Source: a virus (taxonomy: Duplodnaviria; Caudoviricetes). Taken from it: 64,000 nt of DNA. Positions within the stretch are counted from its first letter, which is position 1; each line of letters opens with the position of its first letter. The stretch is from positions 1 to 64,000 of IMG/VR virus record IMGVR_UViG_3300014203_000016. One strand, 5' to 3'. Below the pieces are notes generated by a model, which was not told the DNA's origin, ran no database searches, and saw only the letters and a program-made list of their open reading frames with translations. The translations under genes and the position numbers were made by a program. Of the stretch, positions 1 through 10,001 are shown one piece after another.

Positions 1-3000
1 GTGGCGAAAATGACCGTATCCAGGTTTCCGTTCTTAAACGTTAACCCTTTGGTTGAGGTCAAATCAACCTTGTAAACGACATTATTTTCGATTTCGGTGA
101 TTTTATTTTGGGCAGTCGTCAGCGCCGTTTGTGCGTCGCCCAAAGCCTGGGTGTTGTTGGAGACGGCCAAGTCGATGCTTTCGATTTTGTCCTCCATCGT
201 CCATTGCATCAGCGGGTTTTGCGCATCATAGACGATAAGTTTGCCAGACATGCGGACTTGGCCGCTGACCGGGTCGACATCGAACATGATTTGTTCCTGG
301 TCCTTCGAGATGATGCGAAAACCAGCACTGGCATCCATCTCGATGCGGTTGACCGTGGTTTCGACTGTGATGCCAGTTTCGCCGTCGATATTGACGGAAG
401 TGCCGTTGCTGTTGGTGGAGCTCAGTTTGAAGGCCCCTCCGACGATTTCCAGACCTTTCGAGTTCAGCATGGCATAGCCATTTATGGAGCGGGCTTTGAT
501 GCCGACATCGGTGATGTCGATAATGTCGCCCTGTCCGAAGACAGAACCGCCGCCGATGTGGATGTGGTCGGCGCCGATGTAGCCGGTCTTAACCGAACCC
601 CCATCAATGACAGTGGTCGCAGTCGAGCGCCAGACGCCCGCTTGGGTTTGGCCTGTCGTCAGCAGTTCCACCTGCAGACAGTCAAAGTAGACGCCGACGT
701 TGGTGGACTGAACGCCCAAGACGACCGACAAGCGATTGACGCCGGCGGGTACCGTGAAGATGTAGGAACGGCGCACTTGGCGGTCGGCTGCCGTAATCGT
801 TAAACCACTCGAATAGGTGAAGCTCTGGTTTTCGTAGGCAACACCCAAACTGATGGGTATTGCGTTTGCGGAATAGGTGCGCGCGTAGGTGCTGAACGCA
901 TAGGTCTCTCCGGGCGTCACTGGAATGGCATAATAGTCGACCCGTGTGGATAGGCGGATGCGGTTGGAAACGCTGGGGCCTTCCAAGTAGAGCGACTTGG
1001 TTCCGTCCGAAGCCCAAGTGGTTTGGATTTGGCCGTAATTCTTACCGGCAACCAGTACCCCAATCGGACCGGCAGGAATTTGTTCAAAGGAATCGAAACC
1101 ATCCTGCATCAAGTTGGCTTGGAAACCAATCGCCAGCATGTCAGCGGTGATGATATGCGCGGACAAGTGGTTGGCCTCAATCGCACCGGCCGCAATCAGC
1201 CCAGAAGTAATCGTGCCCGAAGCAATTTCGTTGGCAGTAATTGTTCCTGCCTTCAATTTGTCTGCGGTGATTTCTCCGGCCAAGATGTGCGTCGCCAGGA
1301 TTTGATTGGCGCCGATGAGTGTAGCCGTAATCGTGCCTGCCAACATATGGTCGGCAATGACAGCGCCCGCTTTGATGGTTCGGCTTGAAATGGCGTCGTC
1401 TTGGATTTTGGTTTCACTGATAGCGTTCGGTTTGATACCGGCATTGTAGACACCGGTATGGTCGTAGAGACGCGTTTCCCCGTCCGGGCCGAAGACAATC
1501 AATCCGTAGTCCGCAGGCGTTTCTGGGCTGCTCCATTCGGAAATGTCACCCAATTGCACGCGTTGGCGGCGGATATCCTGCACGTCGGCATCGTCGTAGA
1601 TTTTGATGGTTTTGTCGTTGATGGTCAGGTGGCCATCCGGGCTGGACAGGTTGATGACGGAAGTATCAATCGTACCCGCCATCAATTTGCCGACCGCCAG
1701 TTCCTTGATGGCAGCCGAATCAATAACGGCATCCCCAAAGAGGGCGCTGTTGGTGATGCTGCTGCCGGCGACCAAGTTCAAGGTCGAAACCATATCGGCT
1801 TGAATCGTACCGGCGAGGATACTGTTGGCGGACAAGTTGCCGAAGTAGCCGTTGGCGATGTTCGCTTCGACCGCACTCAGCACCAAAGCTTCCATATTAT
1901 CTGCCGACAGGTTGACGACATCCAAGTTCTCGATGCCGGAGACAGTCGTTGCCGTCAACTTTTCGACATAGAGTTCGAAAAATTCGCCGTTGTAACCGGT
2001 CAAGTAGCCGCCCACCGGCATCGTAATGCCCGGTGTCGTCAGCATGCCGGAAAGATTGGCGGCCCGTGCATTCAACACATCCGCACTCAAGGCGTTGGTG
2101 ATGGTGGTGTTGCGGGTGACTTCCAAATCCGTCACCTTGATGACCGGCACATCAATTTTGTTCAGCAAGGTTGCCGAAGCGTTGATGGCCGGGATGACCG
2201 CGTTCTTCATCCGGTCGAGTTGGAGATTCCCGGTCAGTTTCGTGGCCGATAGGCTCTGGATGGATTCGTCGATGATTTTGTCAACGACCGTCCCGTCGAT
2301 GACGTTGTGGCGGTTGATGGCTTCGATGACGTACTGCATCATGTTCAAGGCCGGAATATTGACCGGAATCCCCGTCCCGCCGTCCGGCGTCTCGATTTTC
2401 TCAGAGCTGATTTTCAAGTTCGAAAGCGGGTCGTTGATGAGGGCGATGATGGCCGCGATGTCGTACCCGGACAGTTTGGTCGGCGACAGCGTGCCGTCAG
2501 CGATAGCCGAGCCGGGGATGGAACCGTCGTACCAATTGATGAGCTTGGAATCAAGGGCGTAGCCGTCGATATCGATGGACAAGTCTTCGTAAAGGGTAAT
2601 TCGGCCGTTCGGGATGTCCCGGTAAAGCGCCGTGCCTTCCTGGAAGAGCATCGGTTCGTCGGTCTGCCAATTGGCCAAGTAGCTCGGCCAGTTGTAGTCC
2701 GGGCTTCTGCCTTCCAAGGTTGTGCCTTCGGAAGACCCGTTGTAGAGATAATCCAAACCGAACAACAAGCCGGCTGCTTGCACATAATTGTAAGTATCTT
2801 GTGTAGGCGCGTTTGAAAACCCCATCACTTTCATTCCGTTTTCGCGGATGAGTTTGATGGACATGAAGGCCGTTTGTTGCAACTCGGTGCCGACATAGGC
2901 GCGGAAGTTGTAGGCGAAATCATTCAGCAGAATGGTTGTATCCTGCGGGAACGTCAGCTTTTCGCCGCCCGGGTTATAGGAAGCGACTGCCGTGTTCGAG

Positions 3001-3566
3001 AACAGCCGTTTCCAGTTCATGCCCTGGACGATAACAGACAAGCCTGCTTCGGTTATCGAAGATAGAATTGCCTGTTCTTCGGAGCGCAACGGGGTCGTTT
3101 TGTCGCCGAAGTTGGTTAGGTAAATACCGGTAATGCCTTTTTGTTTCCAGGCGCCGATGGCACTTTGGATGACCGAGAGGGTGGCCAGTGCATTGATTTG
3201 CCCGTAGACTGGAATGCGTTCCGCTTGGACTTTAGCAATGATAGCCTCTGTCGCACCAGCGGCTTCGGTCAGAAGGACGGTCTGGTACTTGCTCAGAATC
3301 GAAACGATGTAACTTTCTTCCGAACCGAGACTACCCGAGAAATAGCCGACGGAAGGAACCCGCATCGGCCGGATGCTTTCGAGGGTCTGAATACGTTCCG
3401 ACAATGAACGGTTCGCTTGCGGAACGATGCCGATGGCTTCTTCGATGTGGACGATGGCGTCTTGTAAATCATTGACGTGTTGGGCTACAACATAATCGCC
3501 ATTCGGGTCGCCGTCGTAGCTTGCGTCGTACTTTGTGGTAAATGTGCTGTATTCTTCAGGGAACAA
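1..3566 (-). CDS. Large tail fibre / host-specificity protein, >1188 aa, truncated at the window edge (absent from the ORF track)
   Basis: Hand translation gives an open frame from TTG at 3566 (SD AAGGAAGGGG upstream) through position 1, starting MFPEEYSTFTTKYD. It contains a TIM-barrel GH-like segment, 10-aa ITAxxIxAG repeats and a CBM-like jelly-roll segment (GETYAFSTYAR...YFDCLQVE). Confidence 0.85.
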   Translation of the reverse strand, partial: MFPEEYSTFTTKYDASYDGDPNGDYVVAQHVNDLQDAIVHIEEAIGIVPQANRSLSERIQTLESIRPMRVPSVGYFSGSLGSEESYIVSILSKYQTVLLTEAAGATEAIIAKVQAERIPVYGQINALATLSVIQSAIGAWKQKGITGIYLTNFGDKTTPLRSEEQAILSSITEAGLSVIVQGMNWKRLFSNTAVASYNPGGEKLTFPQDTTILLNDFAYNFRAYVGTELQQTAFMSIKLIRENGMKVMGFSNAPTQDTYNYVQAAGLLFGLDYLYNGSSEGTTLEGRSPDYNWPSYLANWQTDEPMLFQEGTALYRDIPNGRITLYEDLSIDIDGYALDSKLINWYDGSIPGSAIADGTLSPTKLSGYDIAAIIALINDPLSNLKISSEKIETPDGGTGIPVNIPALNMMQYVIEAINRHNVIDGTVVDKIIDESIQSLSATKLTGNLQLDRMKNAVIPAINASATLLNKIDVPVIKVTDLEVTRNTTITNALSADVLNARAANLSGMLTTPGITMPVGGYLTGYNGEFFELYVEKLTATTVSGIENLDVVNLSADNMEALVLSAVEANIANGYFGNLSANSILAGTIQADMVSTLNLVAGSSITNSALFGDAVIDSAAIKELAVGKLMAGTIDTSVINLSSPDGHLTINDKTIKIYDDADVQDIRRQRVQLGDISEWSSPETPADYGLIVFGPDGETRLYDHTGVYNAGIKPNAISETKIQDDAISSRTIKAGAVIADHMLAGTITATLIGANQILATHILAGEITADKLKAGTITANEIASGTITSGLIAAGAIEANHLSAHIITADMLAIGFQANLMQDGFDSFEQIPAGPIGVLVAGKNYGQIQTTWASDGTKSLYLEGPSVSNRIRLSTRVDYYAIPVTPGETYAFSTYARTYSANAIPISLGVAYENQSFTYSSGLTITAADRQVRRSYIFTVPAGVNRLSVVLGVQSTNVGVYFDCLQVELLTTGQTQAGVWRSTATTVIDGGSVKTGYIGADHIHIGGGSVFGQGDIIDITDVGIKARSINGYAMLNSKGLEIVGGAFKLSSTNSNGTSVNIDGETGITVETTVNRIEMDASAGFRIISKDQEQIMFDVDPVSGQVRMSGKLIVYDAQNPLMQWTMEDKIESIDLAVSNNTQALGDAQTALTTAQNKITEIENNVVYKVDLTSTKGLTFKNGNLDTVIFA
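1125..1424 (-). repeat. Ten tandem 10-aa repeats in the tail fibre
   Basis: AISETKIQDD AISSRTIKAG AVIADHMLAG TITATLIGAN QILATHILAG EITADKLKAG TITANEIASG TITSGLIAAG AIEANHLSAH IITADMLAIG. Confidence 0.85.
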
Positions 3567-3590
3567 TCTTTTCCCCCCCTTCCTTGTTTA

Positions 3591-3785
3591 TCAATAAGGC
3601 GAATCTTTCGGAATGATGCCCATCAGATTGTCGTAGGGCACCCATTTCTTGGCCACTTCATCGTAGGTTTCGAGGATAAAGTATTCCAGTTCCGGGCTGT
3701 CCCGATACGCCCAAGAGACGGCGGTCGTGTCCGTCTCTGGGTCATACAGGTGGGTCAATCCATACAAGATAGTGTCTCCGTTCAT
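3591..3785 (-). CDS. Small hypothetical tail protein (64 aa)
   Basis: ATG at 3785 with SD AGGAGG; MNGDTILYGLTHLYDPETD; fits between the flanking genes. Confidence 0.7.
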   Translation of the reverse strand: MNGDTILYGLTHLYDPETDTTAVSWAYRDSPELEYFILETYDEVAKKWVPYDNLMGIIPKDSPY

Positions 3786-3798
3786 AGTGTCCCTCCTT

Positions 3799-6700
3799 TT
3801 AACTAGTGTATTCGATAATCGGATACACGCCGTAAGCCAAATACTTGTCGAGGCAGTCACGGATTTCTTCTTCTTCGAACAAACCGCCGTTGGCGCGCAG
3901 GATTTTTTCCGGCAGACGGATGACCGTCACGCCATTTTGGTAATAAGCCAAGCCATCGAAACTGCCGATGTCCCAGAATGCGGAGGTGTAGCCAATCCGT
4001 TGTTCGATGGTTTCCTGGCGGATGCTTTCTTTCAACCCGCCTCCGGGCGCACGCGCATCGAGAATGACCGCTTGGGTGACGGCCGTGTTCTCGCGGACCT
4101 GCAATTTCGCCAACAGCAAAGCTTCCGGTTGAGAGGCTTTGGTCAGCAACCATTGGTCTTCGCCGAACACATGGCGCAGGCAGTGTTCGTTGCTTCGCTC
4201 TTTCGTGTAATAGACAGAACGGTTCGGCAGCAGGTAAAGGAAGACGACTTTGCCCAACAGCTTTTCGCTGGCGGTTTCGGTCAGTTTGACGATGCCGGCT
4301 TGCACTTCCCTTTGCGTGAAAGTGTGCCCGGCGGTCGGATTTAAATCCAGATGCAAGAAGGTTTGCGCTTCTTCATCGTAGTAGCCTTTGTATTCGACGG
4401 TGTTTTCTTCTGCCAAGTAGGACACGTATACTTCGTCCTTGAAGGAAAGCCGCTTGTCCAGTTTGATTTCACCGGTGAAACGATTGGCGTCAGCGTAGGC
4501 GATGGTTTCCTCTTGGTAGTAGGAATAGTCTACGAAGACATTTTCGCTGACAGGGGCCGAAAAATGCACCGTGCCACTTTCGAAATCAATCACGTATTCC
4601 TTCGGATGCACAAAGCTCGAATTGGAACGGCTCCCCAAGGTGACGCGCGGCGCCGGCTGGATGGCCCAGTTCGTATGCTTGGAAGCAAAAGTATGACGGT
4701 CTCCCGTTGTCGTCACTTCCTTCACCATCCGACTGTTGGCGTATTTGCGTTTGGTGATGCGGAAATTGTCGTGGCTGTAGCTGGCCAGCATCGCACCGGC
4801 ATAAACCGATTCGAAGCGGACGATGCCTTCGTCATAATCGACGACATAACCGCTGTTGAGCAAAATTTCGTTGCCGTCGGACAGTTCGTCTTGGTAGACC
4901 GCAACCGGCGCTTCTTTGTTCCAAAGAATATGGCGCGCGCCCCAAAGCAGGCCGGTCGCATCCAATTGGGTTAGCGGTTCTTTGACGACAATTTCCTCTT
5001 CGATGATGAGCGGCGTGCGTTGCACACGGATGGTGTGTTCGTCGATGTACTCGGCCTGTTCCGCATCCACCAAACGTTGGCCCCGGACCGGATAGAACGT
5101 CTGGCGGTCGTATTCCGGCAAGCGATAGTTGTGCTGACCGGACAGGAAGGTGTCGTAGAAATCCGCCCTTCCAGCTTCCGCCAAGGAGACGCTGTCTTTG
5201 GCCGTGATGGTATTCTTCTGGAAAGAGCCGTTCTGTACGCGCAAGTACCAGCGGTCGCGTTCGTCGCGCGAAGCCGGTTCGAGCACACGGATTTGGTTTT
5301 CCGCTTTCAGTTTGACCGCATAGCCGGATTTCCCGGTCTGCAACGTCGTCGCCTTGTTCAAGATGCGGACTTGCGTGGTCGAGGTGTACCCGTCCGACCA
5401 AAGGTCTTCGTGGTTGATGACCCATTCCCCGCGTGGCGTGAAGAAGAACTGCTGGATGCGCGGGTCGTATAAGGACAGTTCCAAGTAATCGTTCCAATCG
5501 TTGTTCGGCAACAGCGACAGTTCGTAATAGACGCGTTCCTTGTTCGACCATTCGGTGCCGTATTTTAGGCCCGGCACCAGGCCAATCAGATTGCCGAGCA
5601 CTTTGTTACCTTCGGATTGTTTGGCGATGAAACGGGTATTCTTTTGGTTGCCGTATTCCTTTTGGAAGAGAGCATAAGTCGGGTTCCATTTGTAGACGAA
5701 TGATTTCACGACCAAGGTCGCTTCAGCCACGGTGTCTACTTTCAGCAGTTCGTCGACATTGTCCACGTTGTCCAATAAGGCCAACGCGTAGTTTTTGCCT
5801 TTTGGTGCAATCGCATAAGCGTAAAAGGTTTCCTCGCCGGAGTTGGCCGGCGTCATGCGAATCATCCCGTCCATGCGCAGACGCAGGTCGTCGAAATAGA
5901 GGGTCGTGGTGGCTGGCGCGGTGGTTGCCCCCATGCGGATGAACAAGTTGGACGTGTCTGCCAGTTCAAAAACGAGTGGCACATTCGTCCAGTTGGTTGT
6001 CCCCAGTAGTGGATTCGTTTGGGCGACCAAGGTGCCGTCGCCGTAATGGATGGAATAGCCCCCGCCGTTGGCCGCTTCCGTGCGGATATAGACTTCCGCC
6101 GTATAGGTGCCGGCCGGCAAGGTGCCCAAATCCTGTTCCCAGAAAGCTTGTGTATCGGTTGTGCGGATTTTCAAGGAGCGTTTGCCTTCTTTGTAGAGTG
6201 CGACCGTTTGCTCGGCTTGGGCACTGGCGCCGCTGAAGACAACAAAGTCGTAGCCCGGCAAAGCATTTTCAGCCGTCATGGTCCATAAATTGGTTCCCTC
6301 TTCGGCCGGGTCTTCCATGTCGGCATTGACCAAGGAAACGGATTCGTTGGCAAGGATGCGGGTTTGGAAGTGCGCCTGTTGGAATTGACGGTAAGCTTCC
6401 GGCAAATACGGACGGAAACGGTCGGCTGTGGTTTCGGCCAGGATTTTCTTAGCGACGATTTGGGTTTCGTCCTCATCGTTGCGGTCATCGACGTAAAGCG
6501 CGTTACCGGAAGCATCGGTGTATTCGACGGCGAACAGGTTCTCGCGGTGGTGCACTTGCTCCTTGAAAACCGGACTGATGAAGGAACGATTTTCGCAGAC
6601 GTACAACAGCCAGTTCGTCAGGAATTTCAGGCTGGTTTCCTGGTTGTACAGCACATCCAGCATCAAGCCCATGTTCGATACGAACAGTTTGCCGATGGAG

Positions 6701-8166
6701 CCGGTGTCTTTCTTCAGGAAGGAAGGCCCGCCGTTCTGGTGGCGGATATAGGTCGTCCAATCCTCCTCGAAGTTTTCCTGTCCGGCGCTTTCGATGACTG
6801 GCCGGACGGCGGTTCCTATCAAGGAAACATCCTGGATGTCGAAGAAACGGTCTTTCATGACGGCATCGGTCGTCAACACGCGCGTCCCATTGGCAGTCAA
6901 GGTGCTGGAAAAAGCGATGTTGGCGATGAAGGTTTGGATGCCGTCCTGGTTAATCGGACTCAAGACGTTCGCGCCGGTTCCGCAGTTGTCGAACAGCAAC
7001 GTGCCACCGGTATCGAGAAAGGTGCGCATGGCATCCGCCGCCCGGGTGAAATCCTTTTGACCATAGCCGGAAACAATCAGGATATCGTAATCAAGGTAGT
7101 GTTCGCGGGGCATTTCCAAATCGGCCAACCAGTAAGTCGAGTCGCTTTTTTCGTTGTAGCCGCTCAGGTTGTGCGGATTTTCGAATCTCAGGTAGTTCGG
7201 CATCAACGGGTTGTTGTGCACCAGTTTTTTTAAAGCGGTGGTCACTTTGACGGCATTGTAGACCGTTTCGTTGATGTAGATGAGGCCAATCCGGACAGTC
7301 GTCGGGTTGCGGTCGGATAGGCGCGTTTGCACGGCCGCTTCGACTTGGTACGAAAAGCGGTAGGGCTCGCGTTCCTGCGGGCCGACCAGTACGCTGTCAC
7401 TCGAATAATCCAAAATCCGGATGCTGTAACCCGTATCGGTTGTGTGGTCAATCGTGTAATATTTCCCGATGACCGCTTCGTCTCCCAGGTATTCCTGGAA
7501 CAAAGGCGTCGGGTTAAGGATTTCTGTGCGAGTTTGGTTCTGTGCCGATTGGAAAGCCGGATAGTGCATTTCGTAACCGGCAGTGCCGTTCTGGAAATTG
7601 GTGTACAAGACGATGCGGTACGTGAAGCTGTCGTTGCCTTCCTTGACCAGCATGATTTTGTAGGCGTCTTCGTTTGTCAGCGCCGTTCCGTTGCTGGCCG
7701 TGATGCGGATTTTGTCGCCGAGATAAATGAAGGCGTAACCGTCTTCGGCTCCGTACAATTCGAAGCGTTTGCCGGTAGTTGCTCTGCTTGTAGAAAGTGG
7801 CACAGCCAGCAAAGCATTGCGCGCATCGAAGAGGAAGCGACTCGTTGCTTGATAATACAACGGCTTCGGATTTTCGCCTATGGAGTATTCGTCGGTCACC
7901 AAAATGTCGGGACGGGAAATTTCAAGCATCCCGGCTTCGGTCTCCAAACGGCCGTCAGTGCCGGCAAAGGCATGGAAGCTTTCCGCTTGGCCGGGCAGGA
8001 TGTTGTTCTCTTGGATGGCGTTGCTGTAATCATAAAGCAATAAGTTCTTTTCAGGGGAAGGGGTGTCTGTATGCACATAGGCCAAATTGGCCGCATTTTC
8101 CGGTACATGTTTCCCAATCCTCAGACTGTATCCATTTTCAGGATTTGTGTGTGGGAGAGTCGCCAA
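3799..8166 (-). CDS. Large baseplate/tail protein with a CBM4/9-like domain (1455 aa)
   Basis: Long ORF in the tail module. CBM-like segment EGKRSLKI...GTYTAEVYIR...LYFDDLRL. Repeated YxxDxxxGxVxF motifs near the C-terminus. Confidence 0.75.
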   Translation of the reverse strand: MATLPHTNPENGYSLRIGKHVPENAANLAYVHTDTPSPEKNLLLYDYSNAIQENNILPGQAESFHAFAGTDGRLETEAGMLEISRPDILVTDEYSIGENPKPLYYQATSRFLFDARNALLAVPLSTSRATTGKRFELYGAEDGYAFIYLGDKIRITASNGTALTNEDAYKIMLVKEGNDSFTYRIVLYTNFQNGTAGYEMHYPAFQSAQNQTRTEILNPTPLFQEYLGDEAVIGKYYTIDHTTDTGYSIRILDYSSDSVLVGPQEREPYRFSYQVEAAVQTRLSDRNPTTVRIGLIYINETVYNAVKVTTALKKLVHNNPLMPNYLRFENPHNLSGYNEKSDSTYWLADLEMPREHYLDYDILIVSGYGQKDFTRAADAMRTFLDTGGTLLFDNCGTGANVLSPINQDGIQTFIANIAFSSTLTANGTRVLTTDAVMKDRFFDIQDVSLIGTAVRPVIESAGQENFEEDWTTYIRHQNGGPSFLKKDTGSIGKLFVSNMGLMLDVLYNQETSLKFLTNWLLYVCENRSFISPVFKEQVHHRENLFAVEYTDASGNALYVDDRNDEDETQIVAKKILAETTADRFRPYLPEAYRQFQQAHFQTRILANESVSLVNADMEDPAEEGTNLWTMTAENALPGYDFVVFSGASAQAEQTVALYKEGKRSLKIRTTDTQAFWEQDLGTLPAGTYTAEVYIRTEAANGGGYSIHYGDGTLVAQTNPLLGTTNWTNVPLVFELADTSNLFIRMGATTAPATTTLYFDDLRLRMDGMIRMTPANSGEETFYAYAIAPKGKNYALALLDNVDNVDELLKVDTVAEATLVVKSFVYKWNPTYALFQKEYGNQKNTRFIAKQSEGNKVLGNLIGLVPGLKYGTEWSNKERVYYELSLLPNNDWNDYLELSLYDPRIQQFFFTPRGEWVINHEDLWSDGYTSTTQVRILNKATTLQTGKSGYAVKLKAENQIRVLEPASRDERDRWYLRVQNGSFQKNTITAKDSVSLAEAGRADFYDTFLSGQHNYRLPEYDRQTFYPVRGQRLVDAEQAEYIDEHTIRVQRTPLIIEEEIVVKEPLTQLDATGLLWGARHILWNKEAPVAVYQDELSDGNEILLNSGYVVDYDEGIVRFESVYAGAMLASYSHDNFRITKRKYANSRMVKEVTTTGDRHTFASKHTNWAIQPAPRVTLGSRSNSSFVHPKEYVIDFESGTVHFSAPVSENVFVDYSYYQEETIAYADANRFTGEIKLDKRLSFKDEVYVSYLAEENTVEYKGYYDEEAQTFLHLDLNPTAGHTFTQREVQAGIVKLTETASEKLLGKVVFLYLLPNRSVYYTKERSNEHCLRHVFGEDQWLLTKASQPEALLLAKLQVRENTAVTQAVILDARAPGGGLKESIRQETIEQRIGYTSAFWDIGSFDGLAYYQNGVTVIRLPEKILRANGGLFEEEEIRDCLDKYLAYGVYPIIEYTS

Positions 8167-9888
8167 TTAGAATACCTCCTGTGCGCGCAAAGCGGTCGCG
8201 ATAGCCTGCATGCGCGTTTCGTTTGTTTGTTCTATCAATAGTTGTTCCAAATCGGTTTGTCCCAGGATTCCATCGCCGTCAAAATCGCAGAACAGGATGG
8301 GGTGGCTCGCCGGGACGCCTTTTTCATAGTGGCGGGCGAAATACTCAAAGACGATGCTAGCAGACAATGAAACCATGCCGGTTGCATTCCCCTTTTCCGT
8401 ATAGGCGGAGTCGCTTGGTCTTAATACCAAGGGGACTTGCGCGCCGATTTTGTCTTTGCGGTCATAGGCGACGACATAGATTTTTTGGGCGCCGGCCGCA
8501 TCCGCTTTTCGAATAAGCGGCGCCTGGAAACGGAAGTAACAGCGGCCGGCCGCATTTCGTGCCTTCAAGGTGTCTTTGTTGATAACCGGCAGGAAACGTC
8601 CGAAAGCGTCGGTCTCTTTGCCTTGTGCGTCTAGGATGAAGACATCGATATAAGGGGATAGCACCTCATTTCCGTCTTGGTCGATGACTTCGACGAGGAA
8701 ATCAGCCGAATCCAAACCGTTGGCAATCAGGTAACTGCTGGACAGATTTAGCCGGAAGGCTTGTCCACGCTGTTCTTCTTGCGAGATGTAGAGGAAGCCG
8801 GTATGCTGCGGATTGACGATGGGGTTCAATTCGATTTCTTTGGCCAACTTCTGGTTCGAGAAACGGTTGCCTTCTTGCGTAATCGCAACCGCTTTGTTCT
8901 GGTGATTCTCCAGACGCACGATATAGCTGTCGGAAGCGGTGTTTTCATTGGCTTCCACCGTATAGCTGTGCGCCAAGCGGTAGGTCGCCGTCATTTCTTT
9001 GCCGTAGAAGTAATCCTTTTCCAAAGCCGAAAGTGTCAAAGAGACAACGTTCTGCTCGACAGTGACAGGTTCGCCGATGATAGCGTCTTCGCAACGGACC
9101 ATGACATGATAGGTGTCGTCCAATCCTGCATAAGCCAGATAGAGGGCGTCTTCTCCCCGATAGAGGAACGTTTCCGTATTGGTCTCGCCGTAGATGCCGG
9201 TTTCTTCGTCGAAGAAGTACTGGCGTTGCAGCGGGCCGGATTCGTCACTCACGAGAATCGGTGAATGGTCGCGCGGGGCCAAGGTCGCTTCCAGAAATGG
9301 TTTCTTGGCGTAGTGGACCGCTTCCGTATAGTCGGCGGAGAAGAGTAATCCACTGCCGGCCATCAAGGCGACTTCATCGTTTTCCGGCGTGTCCGAAACG
9401 ACGTAGAACGTTTCTTCGGTTAAACGGTTTTCCACGAGCAGGCGCATGTAGCCGTCGATGGTCAGTTCGATTTCACTGACGCTGTTGTAGAACAAATCGC
9501 TGGCGTAAATTTCTAAAGAGCAATAGGTGCCGGCGAAGTAGGGTTCGACCGCCAAGGAAATAATGCCGAAGTCTTCGGTCAGATTGCTGGATTCAACTGC
9601 CACATCGACAATGATGTCTCCGATGGCGAACAAGCGATGGTTGTCGCCCAGCCATGTCCAAAGCAGAATGACTTCTCCCGGAAAAGCTTCCATCGGCAAG
9701 GTCAGTCTTTTTGTCATATCGGTTGCATGCGTTTGGAGAACGAAAGCACTGTCCTTGTACCAGAGCGAGAAGGCGCCGGTAGAAAGCAAATGCGCCGTTG
9801 TCGGCTTCGCAGTTGCCTCTATTTTCAAGACGAGGCTTCCGCTTTGTCGGTTAATGTTGTTTTTTTGAGGTATGGTTACAGTAGGCAT
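8167..9888 (-). CDS. Tail/baseplate structural protein (573 aa) with an Ig-like segment and a C-terminal EF-hand-like loop
   Basis: ORF with SD; DSADFLVEVIDQDGNEV (Ig-like); DFDGDGILGQTD near the C-terminus. Confidence 0.7.
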   Translation of the reverse strand: MPTVTIPQKNNINRQSGSLVLKIEATAKPTTAHLLSTGAFSLWYKDSAFVLQTHATDMTKRLTLPMEAFPGEVILLWTWLGDNHRLFAIGDIIVDVAVESSNLTEDFGIISLAVEPYFAGTYCSLEIYASDLFYNSVSEIELTIDGYMRLLVENRLTEETFYVVSDTPENDEVALMAGSGLLFSADYTEAVHYAKKPFLEATLAPRDHSPILVSDESGPLQRQYFFDEETGIYGETNTETFLYRGEDALYLAYAGLDDTYHVMVRCEDAIIGEPVTVEQNVVSLTLSALEKDYFYGKEMTATYRLAHSYTVEANENTASDSYIVRLENHQNKAVAITQEGNRFSNQKLAKEIELNPIVNPQHTGFLYISQEEQRGQAFRLNLSSSYLIANGLDSADFLVEVIDQDGNEVLSPYIDVFILDAQGKETDAFGRFLPVINKDTLKARNAAGRCYFRFQAPLIRKADAAGAQKIYVVAYDRKDKIGAQVPLVLRPSDSAYTEKGNATGMVSLSASIVFEYFARHYEKGVPASHPILFCDFDGDGILGQTDLEQLLIEQTNETRMQAIATALRAQEVF

Positions 9889-9934
9889 CTCGTTTCCCCT
9901 TTTTCTTCGAATTTTTACTTATTTTTCTTCTATC

Positions 9935-9946
9935 TAGTTGTAACCA
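9935..9946 (-). promoter_or_regulatory. Candidate phage late-promoter motif TGGTTACAACTA (copy 1)
   Basis: Exact 12-mer also at 22063-22074. Both copies lie between a terminator and the next SD. Confidence 0.4.
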
Positions 9947-9967
9947 ATAGATTAATCGGAAGCAAGA

Positions 9968-9995
9968 CAAAAAGAACCCCCTTTTCGGGAGGCTC
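9968..9995 (-). terminator. Intrinsic terminator
   Basis: GAGCCTCC-CGAAAA-GGGGGTTC followed by TTTTT, just after the stop at 10002. Confidence 0.7.
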
Positions 9996-10001
9996 TCATC
10001 T

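Noticed and set aside
3573-3579. G7 tract in the fibre gene ribosome-binding region as a phase-variation switch
   Set aside because: The tract is short and part of a purine-rich SD, and there is no evidence of length variation from one sequence.
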